A stretch of DNA of 64,000 nucleotides from the human T2T-CHM13v2.0 reference genome, Homo sapiens (GCF_009914755.1 NC_060928.1), one strand, 5' to 3'; numbered from the stretch's first letter, positions 44,342 through 60,490 are shown. The notes: a model not told the origin generated them from the sequence alone. A program made the numbers and translations.

Positions 44342-44405
44342 AATAAAGTGAGATCCTCCCTACTCAAAACAGTCACTCCCCCTGCCTTCTAATTCAGGCA
44401 ATAAA
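44342..44405 (+). terminator. Candidate intronic polyadenylation signals (AATAAA x2)
   Basis: AATAAA at 44342-44347 and 44400-44405; U-rich stretch at 44419-44434. Confidence 0.45.
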
Positions 44406-46818
44406 GAACTCAATGAGAGTTTCTTTCTTTCTTTATCAAATAGGGTTAGCTGTATGTTCCCAGTTTAAAAAAAAAAAAAAAAGGGGGGGGGGACAACTTA
44501 ACATTCTTTCTAAAAATAACAAACCTAAAAAATTGCTTTAAAACAATTTTTAGACAAATTAGCAAATATTTGCATTGTCTACCAAATGCCCAACCATATG
44601 CTTAAGTGCAAGATTCTGTGCCAGAGAAATCGGTCCTTGCTGCAGGACAGATTAGTCTAGTATAGAGATCAGCCTACACTTATGAAACAATTAGAGAACA
44701 ATTGAGTTTTCTCTCTCTGGAACGAGGTGCTTATAAACCTGTGTAATTCAGCCCTAGGTTTCCTAGTAGATGTTTCTGGGAGAGGATTCCTGTTAACTTA
44801 CTGTTTTCTTGGGTGGAAATAAGTAGGCTGAGTTGAGATTCTTCAGTGTCTTAAAACCCCTTATATTTAATATGTATTTTGAACATAGGACTATGTTAAT
44901 TGGCTCTTGCATGTTTTCTGAGGAACAAAATCCTCCATACATTTGGTCATTGAAGAATGGGGTTTTTTTTTTGGCACCAGTGCATCTGCTGTCAACAATG
45001 GAGTAGAAGTAAACCTTTCATCTGCAGCCTCTGTTCACAGTCAGCATTTCCTTTAATGCGGTGGTTCCCTCTGGTCTCGGCCCGAGTTCTCATGCCAGGC
45101 AGCGGCAGCTGTGGTACCAACTGCCTGGGAGCCCCGTGGCGCTGTTGGTGAGTGGGAGGATGGAACTGAGGGGGTCAGACAGATGGAGGGCTCTCGGTGA
45201 CCCCTTTGAGGGCAAATTAGGAGCCAAGAGCATGGAATGAAGGAGTCGTCAATCCGGGAAGTGGGGATCTTGGTGCTCCCTGGTCAGGTTTTGGATTTGA
45301 TTTTGCTCTTTTAATGAAGATCTCATGTTGCACAGACTTAGCATTAATTTTCTGTTTATACACTTAGCAAAATGGGTATTTTTGAAAGTTTTAAAAATAT
45401 ACTTGAATTTTATATTTCAAATTTTAATATTTCTTGTGAATCCAAGGATTATTATTCTGGTGAACCCAAGGAAAGTGTAGAGATGTAGGACCAAAAATGT
45501 GGAAATTAGCCCCAGAGCAGGTAAACTTTGAATATAGGTGAGAATATTACCAATAGCCTGGGTTATTTTTGGGTTTGGGGCAGAAGGGGAAGCTGTCTCT
45601 TGGTAGAGCTGGGAGAAGGAGGGGGTGTGGGAGTAGCTGAGTGATTTTCCTTTATTTGCTTAATTGGTCCTAAGGCAAGTCAGAGGAAATTTTCTCTTTC
45701 CTAGTGCTCTGAGTGTGAGGGGATAGTTGGGTTTTGTGGTTTGTTTCATTTCTCCCCTACCCCTTTCCACTGCTTCTGTGAAATAGTGATTTTACAAATG
45801 AACCCAAATTGGAAAGTCACTCTTTTTATTTTTTGCTTTTTATGTTCCTTCATTCTCTAGCCACCTAAGTGTGGATTCTTTACTCCCTGTCCTTTCCTTT
45901 CACCTCATGGGAAATACTTGGTTTTATGTTCTAGTTGGTACTATAAAAACTCATAGTCTTCTCTGGGATAAGTCTTTCTCAGAATTAAAGTTTAATTCTT
46001 CCAAAGATCCTAAGGGAAAAAATTATCAAAAGGTCGGTTTCCGACTAGAGGCCTGGACCACAAAAATCTGCACTTGGTTTTTCTCCGGGAGTGTCTGTTT
46101 TAGTTTTACGTCAACTGGAAGATGTCTAGCAGTGTGAAGTGACCAATCTGAGGCCAGGCCCAGAACTCCGCGATCTCACGTGGATCCCGTCCAGCTGCAG
46201 AGTTGCCACATCAGAGGTGGACCTGCCCAATTGGAAGATTGAGATTTCTTTATATCGTTCTTTTCTGTCTAGAGATAACAAGTGAAAGAGAGAGAAGCCG
46301 TGGCATCTCTGTGAGTGCTCATGCACATGGACCCCGAGGCTGGGGGCATTGAGATGGAACGTGGAGGTGGGGAGGTGTGCCTAGACACAGGTTTCAGATA
46401 AAGGATTTATGTGCTAGATAGGCTTTTTATTGAAAAGGAGAAGTGGAATAAGCAGAGATGGGTATACCAAATCATATACTGAATTTAGAATGTTTGAATT
46501 TTAAAGCTAAAGACAGCTCTTTCATTTTGCAAATAAGGTCTTAAAGGGTAAAGTCCTTCATTTTGCAAAAAGTTGTAGTTAATATCAGAGCCAGAGCTAG
46601 AACACCCAGTTCTTTTGACTTGCTGTTTGGTGGCAGCATTGGTGGCAGTGGTGAGATGTTTGTGTTTTTGACCAGAAGAGTTGTAATTTGTCACCCAGAC
46701 TGAACCTACAGCAGAGCCATGGAGGATACAGTGAGTTTCATTTCCTGTGTGTTTCTTGGCCTCACTTTTATCTTTCATCATTCCTCTTTTTCTTTCCTTT
46801 TTCTTTTTTTTTTTTTAA

Positions 46819-47155
<337 letters not shown>

Positions 47156-47159
47156 AACA

Positions 47160-48530
47160 AACTGATATTAACCCTCCACTGTGTTCCATGCACTGTAGTA
47201 GGCTCTTGATGATACAGCTGAGATCAAGGTAGACAGATCCCTGGTCTCATAGACCATCTATTCTAATGGGGGGCATTGATAATATAGTTATAATGAAATC
47301 ATAGGCGTTGATAAGAGTGCCGCAAGAAGTAAAGAGGGTGATGAGGATGAGATGAATCAGAGGAGGCTGACTTAAAAATGGTGGTCAGCACAGGACCCTC
47401 TGAGGAGGCACCTTTCACAGAGACACCTCACATGGAGGATGAACATGCGTCAGTCATGCAGAGCTCAGAGACGTATTTCATTTCAGGCAGAGGAAACAAG
47501 TGTAAAGGCCTGAATTTAGGAAAAGGCATGGCCTTGTTAATCCCAGCACATTGGGAGGCCGAGGTGGGAGGATCACTCCTGGGGAGCCCAGGAGTTCAAG
47601 ACCAGCCTGGGCAACATAGTGAGATGTTTTATCAAAAAATTAAAAAGTTTTCCCAGCTATTGGGAAAAAATTAAAAGTAGTTCCAGCTACTCAGGAGGCT
47701 GAGATAGGAGGATCACTTGAGCCTGAGAGGCTGAGGTTGTAGGGAGTTGAGATACTGCCACTGAACTCCAGCCTGAGCGACAGTGAGACCCTGTCTCAAC
47801 CGCTCCCTCCTCCCCCCACACCACCACCCAAAATAAACAGAAATGAGGGGAGTATGGCTAGAACACTGAGAGTGAGGGGAGGATGTGAGATGGAACTGGC
47901 GATATAGGCAGGAGTAAGACCATGGAGGCTTTGTTGGCCGTGAAAGGCATTTGGGTATTATTTGTGATTGAAACCATTGGATAATTTTGAGCAGGGGAGG
48001 GACATATCTACTTTTTTTTTTTCTTTTTAAAAAACTGTAACTCTGGCTTCTGGGTGGGAAATGGATGAGAGGGGCAAAGGTGGAAGCAGGGAGACCAGTT
48101 GGGAGATAGGAAATGATAGTGGCTTGGGGTAGTAGCCATGTATGTGGATAGTAGCCATGTACGTGGTATGAAGTGGACAAGTTCTGGATCTGTTTGGCAG
48201 GGAACTGATAGGGCTCTGTGATTGACAGGAGATAGGAGTGGCCTGAGGTGAGGGGAGGCGAGGCATCAAACAAGGCTGGTAGACTTTTTATTTGAAAGGC
48301 AAGGATGGTGGGATGATACTAGCTACCGAGAGGGAAATGACCTGGAAAACTAAGAACTCTAGTTGGGTCATGTATTAAGATCATGTGTTCGGTTTGAGAT
48401 GCTGTAATGTATCCAGGTAGAGATGACAAGTGGCAGTCATAAACAGGAGTCTAACTCTGGGAAAATGTCAGAACTGAAAATAATTTGGGATTTGTGTTTA
48501 TTTAGTAGGTATTTAAAACCTTGGGACCGA
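47160..48530. mobile_element. L2 fragment with an inserted sense AluJ (~47530-47798)
   Basis: Purine-rich L2 motifs (GGAAGCAGGGAGACCAGTTGGGAG, GGATAATTTTGAGCAGGGGAG) around a diverged Alu. Confidence 0.7.
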
Positions 48531-50387
48531 GCATGTGTACCTAAGAATCCTTATATGGTCTTAATTCCTCCTCCAGATCAGTCTGGCTTTGAGTCCTGAT
48601 TGTGACTGATTTCTGCAAAGCAATTGCTCTTTTCCTTGTGGCCTCTTGTGACATCATGTTAGGAACGTTTTGTTGCCAGATGCTTGCATTTAATTTCCAA
48701 GACCCAAGTGTACATTCATTGTTGGACCACTTTGATTCATTGCAGCTCTTAAATTGAGCCTCCTATTTTCAATAAACTACCAGCCTAACAACTGCATGAA
48801 TTAACCCACAGTGGAAAACTGTGTGATAGTGATTCACTTTGCATTCACATATACAAACATTCTTTCCTACTTCCATATTTAATTTAAACCTCAAGAAGAG
48901 GGACTTCCCTATTATGAGATGATCTAAACCTTCAGGCGGTTTACTTCTGGATATGCCGATGGTGCACATCCTGCTCCTGCACCACTCAAAACACATTTAA
49001 GCAGCTTACTCTCACAAACACATCATGTATTCAGCAATTTTAACCAAAATATCTTGAACCCCTGTTGTGTGCCAGGCCTGGTGCTGGGGATGAGAGGTTA
49101 AAATGGTGGGCAAAACCAGATGGTTCCAGTCCTCTTGGATCTTAACTGTCCTATTAGAAACTGACATTAGTCAAGTAATCACTCAGATCCATGTATAAGA
49201 AGCTTTGACAAGTGCTATAAGGGAAACTACAAGCTATTCTAAGAGCTATAAGAGGGGATTGTGACTTAGAACTAAGGAGCTGAGGAAGGCTTCTCTGAGG
49301 AAGTACTATTTGAATGAGAGCTGAAGGTGAGTAGGAGTGGCCCAAGTGAGGGGTGTTGGGGCTTAAGCAGTGTCAGTATTCCAGGAAGAAGGAATAGCAT
49401 GTGCCACTGGCTTATGCCACACCATGTGCAGAGACCATTAGAGAATTCTTCCCAGGATATAAGCCCAGTACCATAGATCAAAGGGAATTTTTCATTTATT
49501 CTGAAACTTGGCAGCACATCAGAATCACCTGGGAAGCCTGATAAAAATACAAATTGTTAAAAATAAAAATTCCCAGGCCCTCCCCTAGGGGGGCTGAGTT
49601 TGTTCTGTAGCCTGGAAATGACAACTGTTCCGGAAAAGCTTATGGGCCACAGGGAGCTACAGGGGCCCCTCCCAGTGGCTCAAGAAGCCCCCCGACATGT
49701 GGGTCTCGGGCACAAGGATCACACTGAACTGATGGATGGGGCTTTCATTCCTGAGTAGGACGTCAGAGTAGCCTTGGGAGAAGCACAGGAGTGGGATCCC
49801 CAAGACTCTCCTCCTCTTTTCCTCCGTAGCTCATGTTTTTCATTGTTCTGCCCCCAACATAAGGTAGAAGATTATGACACAATCTTATCTAGCTTTTCAG
49901 GTTCCGTTTTCTAAAAATGTTTTATTATGGTAACTCTAGATTCCGTAAGCTCGACCTCAGTGAGCCTGGGCAGACCTACATGACCTAAATGTGTTAGGAA
50001 ATTGATAGCAGAGTAAAGTTATCTGTGTGCAGAATTCCCTGCTGCCATGGGTGGTGCCTGGAGCAGACGACTTCCAAACCGCTTGTAAGAAAGCATGAAG
50101 AATAAGTCACCTGCACTTCAGAGGCCAAATTTTAAACCTGAAAAGATCTAAATATAGAAGTTTTAAAATAGTGACAGGCAGGTTTTTTAGAGCAGAAGCT
50201 GTAAACCAGCAGCCTGAGGGCTAGGTTGGGCCTGCAGACAAATTATTTTGTTTGGCCTGTAGGGCTTGTTTTCTTTCTTTCTCCCTACCACCCCCCACAC
50301 TTTTAGCCAGTATTTACAAACTGGAGAATTTAGGAAAAAAATCATTATTGGCTGAGTAGAGGCAATTTCTGGAACCTGGCAATCTTT

Positions 50388-50578
50388 AGAGTTTCTCTCT
50401 CTCACCCGGGCTAGAATGCAGTAGCACGATCACAGCTCACTTCAGCCTTGAACTCCTGGGTCCAAGCAATGCCCACTTTTCCATCCTGAGTAGCTAGGAC
50501 TGCAGGCACATGGCAGCATGCTTGGCTGATTTATTTTTATTTTTTGTAGAGACAAGGTCTTGGGGTGTTGCCCAGGCT
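50388..50578 (-). mobile_element. Truncated AluJ
   Basis: Partial antisense Alu between 16 bp direct repeats GAACCTGGCAATCTTT (50372-50387 / 50579-50594). Confidence 0.82.
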
Positions 50579-53500
50579 GAACCTGGCAATCTTTTGAAGA
50601 AACACTTTAAACTCTGAAGGAAACTTTTTAAGTAATATAGACACAATATTTTTGAAAAGCTCTTAAATTGCTAAAAATTAATGCAAAGAATAGAATTGCT
50701 TATAGTAGCCCAAGAGGAAAGCATAAAATTGAAACTGGAAGAACTTTTTGGGTGGTATTAATTGGAGTTGTTTTTACTTTGTGCATTTCACTTTCTATTC
50801 CTTCTCGGAAATGCCAGAAGTACATTTGGTACCAGGATGAGAAATTCCTGTTCCTCCTTGTTTTCACACTTGAGATGTTTGTGGATGGTTATTGGATCCC
50901 CCTGAGTCTCTCCAGTTGTGCCTTTGCCAAGATATAGACATTCAACTCTTTTGAATCTTCCCAGACTGCATGTGCTCTCCCAGGCTCTCACATAGCCACC
51001 CGGGTCATTTTAGCTCTTCTCTAGATTAACTGTGTTTTATTTTGAGCCAACTGATAATCTTCAGGGACAGAAACCCAGATATTCCAAGGGGAATCTTGTT
51101 GATGACTGAGTTAGTGGTTTGATTTTGGCTGTTTTGGTGGGGGTGACCAACACTCATGAGATATTTAAACAGTTCCTCCTAAGAGAGGATCCTGGTTCAT
51201 GTTAACATAATAATTTATTTTTTGGTCTTGTATTTCTTCTCTCCAGTTGCCAACAGCAATTTGACATTATTTTCCAAGGTTAACTTTGCATGTTCACATT
51301 TCCCAAGAACTCTATAAGCAGCTATTTTTACATTGATTTTGTTCCTTTCTTTAATTGTTGAAATAACTCTATTGATGGTTTTTCCCACAGAGGTCTAGGG
51401 TCCACACAAACTATTAGTTTTCTCTTGAACTTCATTTCATTCCCTATTTAAATTTGGCCTACTTTCTCTCTGCATTTTTTTTTTCCTAACCCCGTGGTAA
51501 TTTGTCAAGCCCATTCTAATCTTCTTAATCCCTTTGGCTGAAGGGTTTTGAGGTTTAATGTTTTAATCTAGAGGCCTCAGTATTTAAGTAATTAGAGGTC
51601 CTATTTCTAGCTCTGTCCTTTAGATAAATCACCTTAGGTTTTTTATTCCAATTTACAAATAATAGAACTCTGAAAACTCATATTGGACAGGAATGTGGAG
51701 CTTTGAATTGAAGTGCATGAATTAAGAAAGGAAGGCATTCTATGTTATGTATATTTCTTCGAGGTATTCTTAACAACCCCACACTATATTATAGATTCCC
51801 TTTTTCCTTAGAGCTCAATTTTTAAAATACCCCGAAGCAAGTATTTGCTGTTGCATTTTAGAAAAATTTAAAATAGAATTCTATGGTATAATTAGAATGT
51901 ATGTTACTTCCAACATTTTTTCATGCTCGAGAACATGGGAACTTGTGAAAAAATTTTTTCCTATTAAATAATCTGAACATTCTTACAAAATGTTTTTTAA
52001 AAATAACTTTGTTTCTTTGTCATAGAAGGATTCATATTTTTACATTCTGTCAACAAATATTTGAACACCCATTAGATATAAAGGGAGCTAATAGGAAAGA
52101 AAGACACAGGCACAGTAAATTTATTATGACATAGCATAAAAATCCAAAGTGTAATCAGTATGAGCAAGGTAATACGGAACTCTTCATAATACATTGCTGG
52201 CATAGTCCCCTTGTTCACTTTATGATGAAAACTATTCTAAATGCTTTATAGGTGCTAACTCATTTCATATTCACGATGATCCCATGTGGTAGGGTACTGT
52301 TACCATCCTGTTTTACTGAGAGATTTAGAGGTACAGAGAGATTGGTTGTCCAAGCTTCTGGAGGCTTTTGCCAGTGGATCTGAAATCCAGACTCAAGTAG
52401 TCTGGTTCCAGAGTCCACAGTCTTAACCACAACACCTACATTATATTGCCTTTCAAAATTAGAAGCTGTACATTTTTTTTTTAAGAGTTGACTTTTGAAG
52501 CACTTTGCACTCTGGTGAAAGGTACATCCAGGCTAAAGGCTTAGGAAGAGAAAAGACATAGAAGCAAGACACGGAGGGAAATCTAGTGGGAGTGGCAGGG
52601 CCTGTGGCTCCAGGAGGTTGGGCATGGGCAGAGGAGAGCAGTGGGGAGATGGGCCTGGTGGCAAGATAGGGCCAGCTTTTGAAATTCTTTAGTTATTTAT
52701 TGAGTAATTTAGATAAAAACAAGAATCATTAATAAAAGGCGGAGAATTATTTTGGCTTCATGGCAGGTGGTACAGCTTGGGCTTATAATTCTGTAAGACT
52801 TTGGGCAAGGAACCTAACCTTCCTGTGTTACCAGTTTATTCGTCTGTAAGTAAAGTGGGTCTAATATACTGAGGTAATCTTTGAATTACTTAAGACAGTG
52901 CCTTGTGCATAGTATGAGTTCCATACTCCTACTATGGAACTCTTGGTAGTGGTAGAAGTGAAATTTGAACTGGGCCTTAAGAAAAAGAATTTGGACAGAG
53001 GGTTATCAAAATGGGGAATTAGTGATGTTGGGGAGTTAGGAAGACTGATCGTATTGTTTATTGAAATGTACTTTAGAAATGAAGTTGGAATTAGATCAAG
53101 TGGACCATTAATTCCCAGTTAAGAGTTCTAAGTGAATAAAGCCCCTAAGACTTGATTTTAAAGTATTAAAAATAAGTAAACAAATGAAAAGCCTAGTGAA
53201 AGAAAGTATTTCCTTAGGGGTTATCAAGCTTTTAAGAATGGGTTTGCCATGGTGTTAAACCCCCACCGCTGTCTTCAACATCCCCCCGCCCACCATCCCC
53301 ACCCCTGCCTGATGGCTTAGTTGCTCTGTGAGCTCACTCCTGAACAGCAGCATTCCCGTGGCTTGGCAATCTCTGGTGTAAACAGTTCACTTTATAAAAA
53401 TGTACGCACTCTAAAATCTTGTAGTGCCCTTTCCCCTTTAATTTCCGAAGCACTTATTTGTTTCTCTCTTGATTATCACAGTAACCTTGTGAGTTAAGTA

Positions 53501-53999
53501 TGGCAGTTGGCAGGAGTCACCATTTTACATGCCGTGGAACTGAGTCTCTAAATTTAATTTAAGCTAGTAAATGGCAGAGATGGAGACATGAAACCTGGAC
53601 CCTGGCTCCTAGTTCCAGCGCTCCATCTGCCACAAAACATGGTTTCTGTGGAGTAATGATGGCTTATGTACACTTTTATTTAAAGTGTGCTGTTTTTCCA
53701 CATGGCCTTGCTTTCATGTTGGCATCTGATGAGTCATGCAAATATAGGGTGGCACGGGTGATTCAAATGACAGGATGAGTAAAACTCAGTTTTGGTCTTC
53801 GTGGCCATGTGGCTTGCACTGAGACCTTTAACTTTGCTTCCTACCTTTCAGAGAAGGAAGCACCAGGTATGAATTCTCTCAGTTCTTTCTACCTACAGTG
53901 CCACCCCCGCCCCCAAATCATAGCAGCCACCATTTGTCTCTTTCTGTTTAATCTCACAGAAGGAGGTGTTCTCAACTCCCCCACTCTCAACCTTTGGTT

Positions 54000-55270
54000 A
54001 GCTTAAACCTTTCCCTTATTACTCAGCTCTTTCATGATAGTCTATAGTTACATTTAGGCCTTTCCCAACTGAAAGAGCAAAACAAACCCTTCTTCACTCT
54101 TGTGTCTTCTCTAATTACTACTTTCTTGTTCCCTCCACAGCAAAAGCTCTGGAGACAGAAGTAGGTAAACACTGTTCCTGCTTCCTCTCCTCCCCTCCCC
54201 TCTACTTGCAACCCATTGCAGCCTGCTCTGTGCCTTCACGCCACTGCCTCTGCCGGCAGGAGCCACTAGTGGACTGTATTGGATGAATTCGAGGAATGCT
54301 TTTTCAGGCCTTATCCTACTTGACATCTCTGTAGCATTTGACACTTGACCACCATCACCTTAAACACTCTCCTCCCCTGTTGTCTGGGTTTTCTTCTACC
54401 TTTTTGTACGTGCCTTAATCTCCTTTGGAGGCTGCTGTTCCCACTCCTCCTCCAGGGCTCTGTCCTCAACCATCTTTTCTCATTCTGCAGCCTTTCCCTG
54501 GTGACCTCATTTGCACTTAAGATTCAACTGCCGTTGCTCACGAACACCAGAGTGATTTTCTAGCCTAAAACTCTTAAAACGTATTTTGAGATCTAGGTTC
54601 TGTTATCCACCTGCCCACTGGACTTTTCTAGTAGGTGTTGCACAGGCATCTTAATTGAACCTGTCTAAAATGGATTTTTTTGTGCCCCCCTCTCCCTGTA
54701 TCACTTCACACACAGAATGTTCTCCTTCCTCCTGGTCATCAGTTCTCAATTCCTTTCTGTCATATACTCCATTGTTTTGAAAGCAGCTTGATCCTATGGA
54801 GATTACTTTATAAACATTCATAGCTTCTCCTTTTCTCTGTCCCTCATTTAGTATGGATTTTTACCGTCTTTCTTGAACTGTTACAACTTCTTTCTAACCT
54901 CTCATCTTGCTGTTTTCCTGCTTCTCAGTATGCCACATTATTTCACATGAGTGATTTGATTAAGTGAAAATCAGATCAAGTCATACTTTTTCAAGATCCT
55001 TCAGTACCTCTCCATCACCTTCAGGACAGAAAGCCAGATGTGTCCATTTGTCTTCTTGCCTCTTACCTGTCTCTGCAGCCTTGAGTTCTGGCCCTGCTGC
55101 TGGTACTGCCTTGTTCCACTGCAGCCCCCAGACCCTTATAGATGACTTTCTGCTGTGCACCCCGCTGCCCAGGCCCGAGTTTCAGCACTTCTCCCTTGGT
55201 ATCATCCTGCTGCTTTTTCTCCAGGTGGTAAACATTTTGAGGGCAGAAGTCAATTGTGTCTCATATGCTT
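54000..55270. mobile_element. L2 fragments (opposite orientation to 47160-48530)
   Basis: Pyrimidine-rich L2 motifs CTTGACATCTCTGTAGCATTTGACAC, CAGGGCTCTGTCCTC, CAGGCATCTTAA. Confidence 0.6.
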
Positions 55271-55943
55271 GTTTGTCCTTTGTGTTTAGCACAGGTGAGA
55301 ACTGGAGCCAAATGGGAACTTTGCTACGCTGTGCTCAGCTTGAGGATTTCTTACCCAGCTCACTCTGGTCTGGAGTCTGAAAGATAATCTCTTAAATGCT
55401 TGGCTTAACAGAGGGGTGAAGTACTGGACTGAATTTCCTATTCAGGACACTTGACTGGGAAATGGGTGCAGTGTTCAATAATGTTTTTGAGAAATCATTT
55501 CACCATTTTCTACCTAAGTATTAAGTAATTTTTGGCATTCCTACATTAAAAATAAACAGCCTAATCCATTCATTAGGAATTTTTAGTTGAGTTCCAGCCT
55601 CATAATTACTGTACTTTTCAGAATTGAGCCTGGAGATTAATCAGATTGTTTTATGTGCTATAAAAGTTGGAAGTTTTATGCATCTGTCTCATATATAGGT
55701 GCTTTCTTTTGTATTAAATAAGACACTGGATTTCCTTTAGCATGTGTGTGTGTATATATACTTCTTAAAAGTAATGCATATAATAAAACTGCTGTTAATC
55801 TAGAAAAGGATTTGCAATTTTAAATATTTTGCTATTGAAGGAATCACTTTTTTGGGAATGAGTCATCCAAATGGGTAGGGCATACACTCTTCTAGACCAC
55901 AACGGTATCATTAACTGGTATCCTAGTAACTTAAGAATTATTG

Positions 55944-56284
<341 letters not shown>

Positions 56285-57520
56285 TTATTGACCCTGAAAT
56301 TGCCTGACTGGCAACCTGGGCTTAATTTTCTAGTAGATTAATGGTCTTGCACTAAAGGATAAAACCGGTACCGAGGTCTTTTATCTCCCTTATATTCGCT
56401 CAGGATTCTAGTGAACTAGTTGCTAAGACAAGGGAAAACACTGGTCTGTTGTTCTGAACCTAATTGAGTCTTTTATTATGTTATGACTCACCTGTAGTTC
56501 AGATTTATTTCATTCAAGTCATGTAAAATAACTACACTGTGGTTTGTTTTGCTTACTTGGTTCGTGTTTCTAGTGATCTGTCAGGCTGAGTATGCCCATC
56601 CGCTAAAGTATGCCCATGGCTTTGGCAGGAGCTTGTGCAGCAGAGAGGAGACCACAGCAGTAAAGGGAAGAGGCTGCCTCATTCCATGGCCCCTCCAGGC
56701 TGAGGACCTATTCAGAATCTCTGTATGGAAACTGAAGATATCCATAGTACCTTAAACTGGGCCATGTTTAGCACAACAGGAGATTCTTCTCTTAAAAATG
56801 AATGCATCTCTCAATCTCTTACTCCCTTGTTCTCCCACTTGTGAGAGAAGGAAGCATTAAAACCAACACTGGGGCGTGGCTGCCCACAGAGCGTCAGAGA
56901 CTGTTATATTAATTTAGTTGCCAACATCTAAAAATTAGTACCTTCACATTGAAATCTGGATTTTATTTTTTGTGTTAAAAATGGGAAGAATTGGCAACAT
57001 ACAGTCTTACAGCGCAATCCCGTTAAGCAGGGTGCATGTGCTGTCTTGTCCCAGACCTAACTAGGCCCTTGATATCACCTGCTTGATCCCTGTAACTGTT
57101 AATGTTCTCTCCGTCAATTCAAGCATTTCTTTATCTGTATGATTATTCCTCACTTTGAGCAGACCCAAGACATGAGAATCCAGACATGCAAAAGACCTAT
57201 CTTTTCAGTAAGGTAATGTCATCATGAAATGTCCTTAAAAAAATGTGATTGATTTCTCAAACTTTTGAAAGGAATTAGGTAAAGTAGAATAAACTTTGCT
57301 TTTTTTGACCCTCTATCCAAACATAGAGATGTTTTCCTACAAGTCTTTAAATGTATGATTCAGGCATTCATTCATTCATTCATACGGAAAACAAAATACT
57401 AACAAGGTTAGTCTAATTAACTTTTTTCTTTTTAGACGGCTGTTCCCAAAACTGTGGAACATGGATTCTTATCCTCCTTGTTTTAGTTTTCCTGTATGAG
57501 TGATGAGAAAATGGATAATT

Positions 57521-57883
57521 ATCTTAGTCTAGTGATGCTGCCATAACAAAAGACCTTAGACTGGGTAATTTATAAACAATAGACATTTATTTCTCGCAGT
57601 TTTAGAGATTGGGACGTCCAAGATCAAGGTGCTAACAGATTGAGTGTCTGATAAGGACTTGCTTTCTGCCTCCAAGATGGTGTATCTTGCTACGTCCTCA
57701 TGTGGCAGAAGAGATGGAAGAGACTTGCTCCCTCAAACCCCTTTATACAGGCACTGATCCCATCCATGAGGGCAGAGAGCCCTCATGACCTAAGCACCTC
57801 CCGGTAGCCCTGCCTCTTAATACTATCACCTTGGGATTTAAGTCCAACATAGGAACTTTGGAGAGACACATTCAGACCACAGC
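57521..57883 (-). mobile_element. MLT1A-like MaLR solo LTR
   Basis: TCTTAGTC...GCTGCCATAACAAAA..CC.TAGACTGGGTAATTTATAAACAA...TCCAAGATCAAGGTGC...ACATTCAGACCACAGCA. Confidence 0.8.
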
Positions 57884-58612
57884 AGGAGTTATCGATGCTT
57901 TTTTCAGCTGTAAAATATATGTTTTTTTTCCAAAAGAGTTTGAATTATAGCACTTAAATGGTGGTGCTGTTTACAATACCAAGTCCAATAGCATATCCTT
58001 TAATACCTTTTATTTTAAATTACTTATTTTTATAGCCAGTAATAGGAAGCCTGTTTTAAACATTCATCAGCATACAAAAGTTTGTTTCTTTCTTTTGATT
58101 TTAGCAATATTAATCACTTAGTTAGATAGAAAACTCATGTGTTCTGTAGGGTACAGGTGGGTACTTATTTATAACTAGTGGTGAATAAGTATATAATACA
58201 GCATGTTATTCATTGGATGGTAAAGACTGGATGTTGTTGGAAGGAAGGAAGATATATTTTAAGGTTTTGTTTTTGGAAATAATTAGATGAGGCTTTTAGG
58301 CATTATATATAGGTAGTGGTTAAAAGCATGGATTTGGGATTAAGGAAGACTTGGGTTTGAATCTTGTTTTTACCTTCTCGAGGCCGTTATAAGACAAGAA
58401 AACTACTTAACCTGTTCAAGTCTCAATTTCTTTTCTGTAAAATAGCAATGGTAGACAGTTCTTTGTAAGGAGATAGGTTTAAGTAAGAAAATGTATGTTA
58501 AACCTTTATATCGATGTCTGGCATATAGTAAGTATGTAATAGCTGCTGTATCTACATCATAATTATAGCAGTTATTTTAACGTTGTCTAAATGTATAAGC
58601 ATAGTAGATTCA

Positions 58613-58937
<325 letters not shown>

Positions 58938-59815
58938 AGATCCACCTCTTTACCTTGGCTTAGAATCTGAAATTGTGGAAGTTTTAATAGTTTTGAATAT
59001 TATGGCTTTAAGAAAATATGAGTGGGAAATAATGTTTCTAATGGACAGAGCTATGGAGTTAGAATGCATGGGTTCATTCTACTTCACATTTAAATGGGAC
59101 AGTATTTCCTGAGCTAGAGGGCTGTTGTGAGAATTAAATGGGATATGTTTGCCTGACATTTAGTATATTGTGAGATATACCACCTTTCCTTGACATATTG
59201 TGTTAGTAAAAGAAAATTTATGCTGTAGGAAAATTGTATATTATCCATCTTCAAGTAGTCTGTATAGATGTTACAGCTGTGCCTAGAAGTCAGCAGAATC
59301 CCAAGAAATATCTTTGTGTTTTAGGTTGGTTTGCTGGTGTTTCACAGTTGTTGTGATGAAGTAATGAAACTCTGTGTCATGGATTTAATTTTAGTCAAGT
59401 TTTTAAATGTTATACTTTTTCAATAAGAGACTTGAATAGATATTTTATGCCCTAATAAAGTACTGAATACTTGCTGTAGTTTCAGGATTCCAGAATTGCA
59501 TTAGTTGTGAGAAGTATATGGGGCAAGGGCTAGTGTGTAAAGGGCTTTTTGAGCCCCGTCACATTTGAGCATTGTGACAAATAGAAAAAATTATAGTACT
59601 GAACTGAACACTGATGTATAAAGTGTTAATTCTGTGACCTGGGTCACAAATTTAGTAAGGAAAGGTGTAAGATTAAACATATTTTCATGTAATCTCTGAA
59701 GGTTCCTGAATCCAATATAGAAGATAGGCAACATTTGTATTGACTGATAGAGTAAGATGGTTTTACAGGGTAGGAATCTGGAATGTCCCAAGATATTCAT
59801 TCAGTTTTTGGTTCA

Positions 59816-60445
<630 letters not shown>

Positions 60446-60490
60446 TATAGTATGCGGACACCAACCTTTATTTTATGTGTCTTAATGTGG

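Noticed and set aside
47713-48273. 186 aa minus-strand ORF, the longest outside AFF1
   Set aside because: It lies in degenerate L2 plus Alu sequence, starts at a non-ATG codon and has no coherent domain.
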